The notes under the pieces were generated by a model. That model was not told where the DNA came from. It did not search any database and saw only the letters and a list, made by a program, of their open reading frames with translations. 64,000 nt of DNA, from positions 3,658,001 through 3,722,000 of the forward strand of contig JBLDXI010000042.1 in NCBI GenBank assembly GCA_047495785.1, read 5' to 3'. Positions within the stretch are counted from its first letter, which is position 1, and each line of letters opens with the position of its first letter. Source of the stretch: Lepidodermella squamata (lineage: Eukaryota > Animalia > Gastrotricha). Of this stretch, positions 36,501 through 45,978 are shown piece after piece. Position numbers and translations under genes: made by a program.

Positions 36501-37068
36501 TCAACTAGAAGAATCGCACGGCTTGTTAAGCATTTGTCGGGCGATGCGCTGCGCCCACATATAGAACACGCCCGTTCCCGAACAGATGGCATGCGATAGT
36601 TCGAAAACAGCCATACAGGCATCGAATCGGCACTTCTTCTCGGCAGCGTGTATTTCGACAACCGGCGCATTTCTGCCACGTCATTGTTCAAGAATGATCG
36701 AACAACTTGATCTTTAAGTTGGAGGTAAGATATACAATTAAACTTGTGATCCCAGCTATCCCAGCCGGCAAATGGAATTATATTGTTGAAATTATTGAAA
36801 AATGTATGAAAATTAAGCCATACGCCAGACCTCTAACGGCATTCTCAGAGCTTCTCCTCGACAACGGGTTGCTCTTCTCGGCAAGTCGTTTATTCCAAGA
36901 ATTCAGAATCAGCAGGATGTTTTCCGGAAGCTTATCCCCTCCGCTTCTGAAGTCGCTACCATGCTGAATAGCTGGTACTAATCCAGTGTTCATCCCCTCG
37001 GAGAAACTTATCAACAAAAGAAATGGAAAAAACACTCCCAAATGAGTGTATTTCGCTACATGAACCAT
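36501..37068 (-). pseudogene. 4-Cys prepropeptide family, copy 1; 4-nt deletion frameshift at ~36654 (exons 37068-36831, 36711-36501)
   Basis: Aligns to copies 2 and 3. TCG AA|ATA lacks GCAA relative to TCG AAG CAA ATG. The ancestral frame reads KKCRFDACMAVFELSHAICSGTGVFYMWAQRIARQMLNKPCDSSS*; the current frame runs to a stop at 36389. Confidence 0.7.
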
Positions 37069-38268
37069 ATTAGTTATGTTGAGTGGACAATTTCGCCTTT
37101 ATGTCTCTCCTTTATAAACCTGTAGGTAATTTTGAACTCGTCAATCAAATACAAACTGATAACCGCTCTAGCGGTAAATTGTCAAGTCAGCTGACAGCAA
37201 ATGTCAATGATTCAGAATTTCTAGGCATTTTCTTTAGTTAACAATGCGACCTCATTCAACCTCATGCGACAATCTGAAGTGGTCCCATGCTTTTGTTCAT
37301 CGTTTCACCTGTAACATTCATTTTTACCCAATTGCGATAGCGGTCCGAACATTACCATGCATTAGATACCTTACAATCGAGTGAAATGATGAGTGCTTTC
37401 CTAATTTTTCATTTAAAGTGACATTTCCAATAGTCATCACATATCACGGGATGGGCCCCAAAACGACTAGCCTAGAATAGAGACCCGAGAAAACTAACGA
37501 TAACGCACGCGACTTCATAGGCGGAGAAGCAAAACGTTGGTTTTACGTCATTGGTTTCTAATATAGGCGAGTCGTTATATGGCACCCACCCCGCGATATA
37601 TTAACTGAAGATGTTCCGCCTGCATTATATTTTCACCTGTGTCATTCTTTTTACTCAATTGCGATTGCAGCATGGATAACTGGCCAATCGTTAGCTCTTT
37701 ACTGAGATGCCGCCGCGCATTTCTTTTGTGAATAAGGGATAGAAATCGGGGAAAAGCGCCCAGTTTCAGTTTAGGACTCATTAAAAGCTATCATGAGTAA
37801 TCGTAGCCGCCGTTAAAATGAGTCGCTATTAGTCTGTTAGCAATTCGGATCGCACGATCAATGCACGTGAATCAAGAAATGCGCCATATACTGACCAATC
37901 AGCGTGAGGCATTTTCTCTCTACCTTATAATTCGCACCAATAGCAAATCAGAGTATTTAATGCGGTCAACATTTGCAGACTAGCTCCTACAGGAAGTGTG
38001 CTTACTGATGCAAGTGGCTACTCCAAGGGTTGCCGGGTTCATGTCGCAGAAGAACTCGCACTTCGGAAAAAGTCAGACTGTACACCGAGTACAGTAAGTG
38101 TAAGAATAATGGAAAAAGATGAGATATAAGCTCCTCCTATGGTGAAATGTTACATCAAGATCTGCGATCTTCAAACGTTTGGTCCGTTTATTTCGGCCGC
38201 GTCCATTCCACCGCGGGGTTGCTCCAGGCCCGATAAGTTATTCCCTGGGCGGATAAGAGGCCGTGGTT

Positions 38269-39849
38269 GGGTCCACATCTTTTCATCGGAACATTAAATA
38301 CTTTTATCGTGCCACTTTCATCTTAAACCATCGGAAATGCATTATTTCATGAAAAGCTATCTTAAACCGTCGGAATATGAAAGAAGCATTATCTATCGGA
38401 ACACGCGAATTATTTCATCGGAACACGCGAATTATTTCATCGGAACACGTGTTATTTTTCCACCTTAAAAATTGAAAACCGTATTGGAATCATTCCTCGA
38501 TTTTTAACCGAGTAGCTTTTTCAATTATGGAGTTTCTCCAACAGTTTTATGCATCTGACGATGAGGCTGTTTTGATGAACAAGAAGACCATTATGAAGAA
38601 ATTTCCCGTGATGAGCCTACTTACGACGAAGATGACGACCCTGACATCGTGCCAGACGACCAGGACTTTGTTGTACAAGAGAAGCCATTCGAGTTCGACA
38701 CCTTCGAAACTCTGCCACCTGGTTGGCCCTTCGAAAAGGTCCAAGACAGATGATGTGATCGATCACTGGGTCTTTGACTCGTCTAAAAACGAGTTTGCTA
38801 TCACTCCGGCTATTTCTGACCGACTTCACAAAGAGGCCTATCAGCTGCATACGAAGTTCAGCTCCTGCTACGAGAAAATCTCCGACTTTTCGTGGCTTTC
38901 GGTGAAGCCTGGCTGGCGTGTCGACGACTCAGTTACCTTGGCAAGGGCGTCGGGTAATTGGGCAAGTTTGGCGCAGTTCGAGTGCTCTCTTGATTTCTGT
39001 TGCTTGACCACCAGCAACGGCGCCACAATCACCTGTACATGTCGGGTAGGGTCAAAAAAGATTCCCTGCATTCACGCCATCGCCTTGGGTCATGAGTTGG
39101 AGCTGAAGCTGATTCCTGACAATCTTCAGTCGATACCTCTTGTTCTGAGAGGTAACCCGGGTCGACCCCCTCGACATGGTCCAGCTCTTGCTTTAGCCGA
39201 GCCAGTTGATCAAGCAGGCGGTGTTAACCGTGGCCGTGGCTCTTCTAGTCGTGGGCGGGGTGGCCGCTCTGGAGCTCGTTGTACCGGGCGTGGTCGGGGT
39301 CGAGGTGCCTCAGTTGCTGCTGCTCAGTTGACACCAGCTCCAAGCCGTGGAGGCCGGGGTAAAGGTGGCCGTGGTGCTGTTGTAGCTCCTGTTCAGCCGG
39401 CTTCGGGTGTTGCTGTAGCCCGTGGTGGCCGCGGACGTGGCTTAGCTGTGGCTCCCGTTCAAGAACCAGCTACTCGTGGCAAGCGGGGTAGGGGCGGTGC
39501 TGCTATTGCTCGAGTTCAGTCGGAGGAACCTGCTTCTTCTCAATCTAATGAACCGGCCACTGTTGTAGCTAGTATTGAGCCGAGGCGTGGCCGCAGTCGC
39601 GGACTTGTGGCTACATCTATTTCGGTTGACGAATCCTCAAGTCGTCGAGGCCGTGGCAACAGCCGCAACGTAGAATAACGTATCACTGTGTTTCCGATGA
39701 GAAAATGTGTTTTTCCGATGAATAAATGTGTTATTCCGATGAATTAATTGGTTTCAATGGGTAAAATAAATATTCCGATGGTTCCGATGGTTTAAGACAA
39801 AACTAGCACGATAAAAGTATTTAATGTTCCGATGATTTGATATTACTTC
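38269..39849 (+). mobile_element. Non-autonomous Mutator-like (MULE) element, 1581 bp, 8-bp TSD CCGTGGTT, carrying ORF 38527-39678
   Basis: CCGTGGTT at 38261-38268 and 39850-39857; TIR core TCATCGGAACATTAAATACTTTTATCGTGC placed 14 nt inside each end; subterminal CATCGGAA repeats. The ORF has a SWIM finger CTCRVGSKKIPCIH, PGRP and an RGG-rich tail, but no DDE core. Confidence 0.85.
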
Positions 39850-41276
39850 CCGTGGTTCTTCCGCTTTACGATCGTTTGAGTTCACATTTTCTTGGGAATT
39901 CGAAATGGGCATTCTAGTTTCTGAGCCTTGAGCCGTCGCTTAAACGTCGCGAGACAAATTGCAACAATAAATCAGTGTATCAGTGTATCAGTGTACTATC
40001 AACTTTGAGTTCATCTTCTCCGAAAAGCATGATGCGATGATCATAACAAACACAGATAACATCATCTTGAGTTTGCCTAAGTTTCTCCTCGATTTCTGAC
40101 TGCTAGAATTGTACTCTTCTTTTTATATCCAAAATGTCGCCTAATTGGAATTTCAACAATGTACGCTATTCAAACATTCAAAGCAGATATCACGTGCCAT
40201 TTTTCTTCGAAAAAACGATTCGTTTTTCTTGACTTAATCGGGACAACTTGTTATTGCCCGTTTTCGAATGTTTATTGCTTGAATGCCGATAATACTATTT
40301 CAAGCCCTTAAAGCCGTATAAATCTCCGAAAATGATTCGATTAAAACCTTCTGTTGCATTAACCTGAGATAGCGTAGGTTCACTGGAGCAATTTCATTTG
40401 TTCTCAAAATATAATTACGCCCTTCTTGTCATGACTCCGTGACTCCGTGACATTAAGATGGGCAGCTCATCAATTCAGAGAGCTCGGTGAATTTATTATT
40501 AGCTGTCGTTTGCGTTTTTTCACCCTGCAAGTTAGAAAGTGCAAAACGTGTTATTAATGTAACCTCGCAAATCAGTCAACCTCACGGATGAAACTAATTT
40601 CTTGTTTGGGATTATGACCCTGTGATTCTGTCTTTAAGCTATAGTCACTAGGAAGGTGTTATTAACTACAGTGGTTTTTGCCGATGAAGCTCAGACATGA
40701 AATCCCAGGGTCCAATATTCGATTCCAAGTTCGAAATCGCCATAAATCTGAAAGTTTTAGTGTTAGAAAATGTACAAGCTATCAGGCGTCATCTTCCCAA
40801 ACTTGGTGCAACTCTCAGACTTTTCATAACTTCGAGAAGCGTTGTTTAGTCTATAGTTGCCCCTCTTATGCTAATAATGGAAAAATCACTGATCTGTAAT
40901 ATGTTGGAAATCGATATCGGCTCTCCAGGCTGACGTATATAATTAACTTGTTAACTGACAGTCGATATCGAAATATACTCCTACTACATCAGTCTATTCC
41001 GGAAAATGGATATTTCTGATAAAAACAACCGATGTGAACGAAATGAAAATTATTAGCAATTCAGAATTAATTCGAAATGACTTAAAAGGCGAGCAGTCGA
41101 TATCGCATTCGAAAGAGATAAAAAATGTTTTGAGAGAACATTTGCTGATATCAAAAGAAAAAGTATCACCTGCTACTACTGCTACTTCAAGTCTTCTACT
41201 GAAAAAGAGCTTATCTAAAATATATTGTAGTGATGCGTATTGAGTATCCCAAAGGTGCCGGAAAAGCCATGTTTTT

Positions 41277-41969
41277 TTAATGTTTCAGTGCAAGTTTAGC
41301 TTCGCAAGGCTTATTGCGAATCCGACGTGCGATGCGCTGGGCCCACATGTAAAACGCGCCCCTGCCCGAGCAGATGGCACGTGATTGCTCGAAAACAGCC
41401 ATACAAGCATCGTATCGGCATTTCCTCTCGGCGGTTCGCATTTGCTTCGACAACCGGCGCATTTCAGCAGCGTCATTTCTCAAGAACGATCGAACAACCT
41501 GGTCTAATTAATAAAAAATTTATGAAAAACAAACTGAAATGAATTGGTATAAAAATGTCCCATCCCAGTATTTTCACCAAAATTCGTAGCTTAAACCATC
41601 TTTTTGAGTTCACATGCCAATGGGAAAATTTAACAGTCAATTATTGAGGTATGATGAGTATGATATGAGGTATGATTTTTCAGTATTGTTAGTTGGGGGT
41701 GTATAAACATTCTAAAATGTTTTAAATACTTGACCTGTCAGTAGCTGATGTTCACGATTTGTTCTCGACTCCGATTTGTTTTTATCGGAGAATTGCTGTT
41801 GCCACGCGTTAAGCATGAGAAGGACTTTAGCTGGTAATTTACACTCGGCCTGCCCTTCATCGCATTTGTCCTCAAGCGGAATCGTTGTATTGACATTCGC
41901 CGAAAGGCTTGTCGTAGCCTTCATAAGAAAAACGCACAAAAAGCATCTGAAACCTGCGATCTTAATCAT
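41277..41969 (-). CDS. 4-Cys secreted prepropeptide family, copy 2, 153 aa (exons 41969-41735, 41503-41277)
   Basis: Signal MIKIAGFRCFLCVFLMKATTS; pro-region KLPAKVLLMLNAW; spliced DQVVRSFLRNDAAEMRRLSKQMRTAERKCRYDACMAVFEQSRAICSGRGAFYMWAQRIARRIRNKPCEAKLALKH. Confidence 0.8.
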
Positions 41970-43516
41970 GATTACTATTTATCGAAAAGTTATTTAGAAT
42001 TTCACCTCATCGGCTTTCTTTAATACCCGATGCTCTAGGGGTAAGGATATTTTAACCGCTAATCAAAGCAAATTGACCCTGTCGTCTGCCCCCCCGCATC
42101 ATCGTACATCTGCGTCAGTAGGTCATGCTAGACATTTTGTTTTGTGTTTACTTCACAAAGGGCCTTGTCGTCTATTTTTGTACATTCAGGCCGCAGTGTT
42201 ACTACGCAGTTTACCCTGGGAGAGTAATCAAGGTGCAGCAAATAGCAGTTTCTTGTGATATCAGAAGATTCATGCCGATTTGCTTAAGATCCATATTTCC
42301 ATGATCTCATCTATAGATTTCAAACCAGCCTGTCATTTCAAGGGTTATTATTTGGTCTACTTATGTTGTAGTTAATCCCACGCCTAAAAGTATGACATGC
42401 TTCGAGATATTGTCGGCTTTGCGTTCAAATTAGACTCGAAATCGGATTTGAAGGGTTTGATATGCGGAGAGTTTATGCCCCCGCTCCCCATTACCACGGA
42501 TTGTTATTTTTTCCACAACGGAGGATATACTCTAAGTAATGCACCCAATAAGATAATGCCCGCGGAGTTAATCTCCAAAATGGAACGAGTTAATAAACCA
42601 GGCTCGAATAACGTTGACGTCAGGTGTAAATATAGGTAAGGATAAATATAAATAGGGTGGAACGCTATTTTGAGATGTTGACATGGTTTTCGAACGAAAA
42701 ATTGACCTTTATATTATGAGATTTTGAAAAGTAAAATTATTTCGAAAAGTAAAATTATTCACGGGTCACCAAGTCTTTTCAACATTTTTTCTGTAAGGTT
42801 TTGATGACGAATAACGACTAGTCATGGTGGTGAATTTATACAATCCCAGCAGCATATGGGAGGGGCGGGCCCATTTAATGCTTCTGGAACAATTTGCCGC
42901 GCAAAAGCGGGGCTTGGCATCGTGAGATTTTGATGCTGCTTTCAAGATCAATGAACGAGGAGTTGAACGATATCAAGAAACTGGTTGATAGCCGTCAGGG
43001 TTGCAGAGAAAATGTGCTTCAAAGTTTGCCAATGAAAAATTCTGATTTCGCTTAAATTTAGTTGTGTGCCGCAGGGGGGGCGGGGGTAATTTCGGACAAA
43101 ACCATGTTTTTCGATAATTCAGAAATCGATGATTTTTGGTACGAAAAAGTGTAATGTGAGCCCCGATTTATCGGTAAAATTTTTTGACGAATTTTACCGG
43201 ATTTTCAGCGTTCGAAAACAGTTTTAGCTCAAGTTTGACAATTATATTGGCGCGCAATTCTGGATACGCTCATTAGCATATGAAATGGCATTGTGAGTGT
43301 TAACTTTTCTGAGCTTTAGGTCAATTTTGGAAAGAAATTATGAACGGATGTGAGGAGGGGGAGGGGGTGGAGTGAGGAATGACCCCTCCTAACTACTGGC
43401 GCATCATCTGATTTCCAAAAAATTGAGAAAAATAATTTTCCGCTCAGCTGCATCATTATTTAGTTCAAAATTACCCGATTTGCACCTGAACTTCAGGTGA
43501 ATGCTTTGCAAAAAAG

Positions 43517-44617
43517 GGTGTCTTCAACTTTCCCAATGCAAGTTTACCAATTTGTAAAACTCACTCCAAAATACAATTGAGCCGTTACGTACTAATTTCC
43601 TTCTAATCCGCTTCCCAATCTGCAGATTTTATTCAAGTTTACCCAGAACCATTAGTAGCAAAATTGCATATTATTGGGGAAGCTTGCATCGTGTCATTTT
43701 ATTGCGCTATTCATTAACCTTATTATGGCGATTATACTTGGCGATTCATGTCATGAAAATAGTACTCAAAACGAATAAGCGTATTCAATGCTAATTTTTT
43801 AACAGCCATCATCGTTGTTAATAAGAGCCGCGCGCTTCTTCGAGTATTTCGCCGTAATTTTCTTGATAGCGGCGTCGATTCGGCGGTATCTCGCCGCATG
43901 CTTCTTGGTCTGCTGACCGGCCTCTTGCAGTAGCAAATCGCTATCTGTATGGTCTTCGATGGTGATGATAAGGTGGCAAAACCGCCAAAAGGCAATGTGA
44001 CAACAACGCGCGGCACGGTTGTAGCGGCTGTTCGTGTGTTGGGCTATGCCGCGGCCATCGCCGAATTCACGCTCGCACTTCGCGCAGTAATTCTGTTCAA
44101 CTCCCGATTTGCTATAAGATGCCCTAAGTCGGCAACGTCCTATGTTCGGCCGCTGCGACCCAACTCCGGCATTTCTGGGTTCTTATTCGACACATCTAAA
44201 ATGTTTCCTGGGCAAATTTGGTATAAAAAATCGCCAGTTTCTCAGTCTAACAATGACCCAGAGGTCAATTCGATAGCCCAAAACTACTCTATAATTCTGT
44301 ATTTTTGCCGAATATTTTCTAAAGTTTCACGTGGTTGGCAAAGTAGGAAAAACCCAAAAATAGTCGAATTCAGAGCGGGATGCTCTACGTCAGGGTCATA
44401 AGTATGAGGTGTTAACTGTTTTCAAGTTTTATAGGGCGATGATAAGCAACAAGTGGTTAATCAGCTTTACGACCTCCCGCGCGCCCTTTTTGTCTCGTGT
44501 TGTTTTCTTTAAGACGTGAGCGCGCTTGTTTACGCGTAATAATAGCTCACCTGGATTGAGTTTTGCACATTGGTAAACTTGCATTGGGAAACTTGCATTG
44601 GGAAAGTTGAATGAATC
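43517..44617 (-). mobile_element. Second non-autonomous MULE, ~1.1 kb, 8-bp TSD CAAAAAAG, with fused transposase remnants
   Basis: TIR core TTCAACTTTCCCAATGCAAGTTT 6 nt inside each end; CAAAAAAG at 43509-43516 and 44618-44625. A minus-strand frame (~44180-43799) reads YCAKCEREFGDGRGIAQH (zinc-finger start) joined to NSRYNR..CHIAFWRF...QEAG...RYRRIDAAIKKITAKY, resembling MULE transposase C-termini. Confidence 0.7.
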
Positions 44618-45168
44618 CAAAAAAGCAACCGTTGGATCTTCATATTTCTTTCGATACCTGAAAGAGCAGCACTCTTAGGATACCCCTGTCAATTTTCGTC
44701 CCGAAACGATGTTTCATTGGCGAGATAAGAGGGGTCCCAAATCGACATTTGAGTTGCCTTGTGTATATAACATTTCTTAAAAATTAAGTATTGCTCCAAT
44801 CACCTTGGGACTTGCGCCATTCGAAAGCTCAAGCGACTGGCAACAAACTCTGTGTTTTCATCGTACGGCGTTACAAAGCTATTCACCTGCAAAGCCGAAA
44901 GTGTCCAAAACTGAGAATGAGAATATCAAGTGATCTTAATTTATTTATGAATTGGGAATTCCACAAAGTATTGAGAGCAAGCACCCGCTATCACTTTCAT
45001 CTTCATGTGGAAAAAGTATCGTTAAAAATAGTTTTTAGCAATCGCAATATTGTTGCTGTAATCTGTAATACATGATGAGTATTCCGAAGGTGCCGGAATA
45101 TAGGAATATATTCGTAGATTATATGAAATCGCGCATTAAAAATCGTTTTTTTTCTGTTCCAATAATTT

Positions 45169-45978
45169 TCACTGCAAATTCGAAGATTCGCGTTGTGTTT
45201 CGCACGGCTTGTTTAGCATTTGTCGGGCGATGCGCTGCGCCCACATGTAAAACGCGCCCCTGCTCGAGCAGATGGCACGTGATTGCTCGAAAACAGCCAT
45301 ACAAGCATCGTATCGGCATTTCCTTTCGTTGGCATGCATTTGCTTCGACAGCCGGCGCATTTCTGCAGCGTCATTTTTCAGAAATGATCGAACAACCTGG
45401 TCTTATGTTTGAAAAATTGGAATGATAACAGAATTGAAAGACTTTAAAGACTCAGCGGGTCAAACCAGGGTACGATCTTCGATCACCGAGCTCCCAGGGA
45501 TGGAAAAACTTTTTTTGCAGTATTTGCCAAAATGAGTCTTTTGGGCTAATAACCGAGCGAAGCAAGAAAATTGTGGAAATTTTCCACTAAAGCACGCCCC
45601 AGAACCTTCCAAAATTAACAAAACAGTGGGATAAATTCTCATTTTGTTGTCTGGACCGGCCGAGCTGGGGGGAGGGGGGAAGGGGGGAAGATCCCCCCCC
45701 CCCGCCCCCCAGCTCGGCTAATTAATAAATAGCTCACCTCTCAGTGGATTTTCTCGATTTGTTCTTGAGGCCGGGTTGCTTTTTTCGGAAAATCGCTGAT
45801 ACCACAAGTTCAACATCGGTAGTAACTTTTCGGGTAGTTTATTCTCGCTATGCCCTCCATAGCTCTCCACAAGTGGGATTGGCTGATCCAGTGCCAACGG
45901 GGTGTTATTCAGCTCCGCTGTTGTTATATTCGTTAGAAAAACACAAATGAAACATTTGAAACCTGCGATTTTAACCAT
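45169..45978 (-). CDS. 4-Cys secreted prepropeptide family, copy 3, 157 aa (exons 45978-45738, 45401-45169)
   Basis: Signal MVKIAGFKCFICVFLTNITTA; KLPEKLLPMLNLW; spliced DQVVRSFLKNDAAEMRRLSKQMHANERKCRYDACMAVFEQSRAICSSRGAFYMWAQRIARQMLNKPCETQRESSNLQ; TATAAAA ~40 nt upstream of the ATG. Confidence 0.8.

Noticed and set aside
38390-38450. Direct repeats ATCGGAACACGCGAATTATTTC resembling a CRISPR array
   Set aside because: No unique spacers, eukaryotic context; these are MULE subterminal repeats.
45072-45425. Plus-strand ORFs conserved between 41327-41542 and 45072-45425
   Set aside because: Antisense shadows of prepropeptide exon 2; the synonymous changes and splice sites favour the minus-strand frame.
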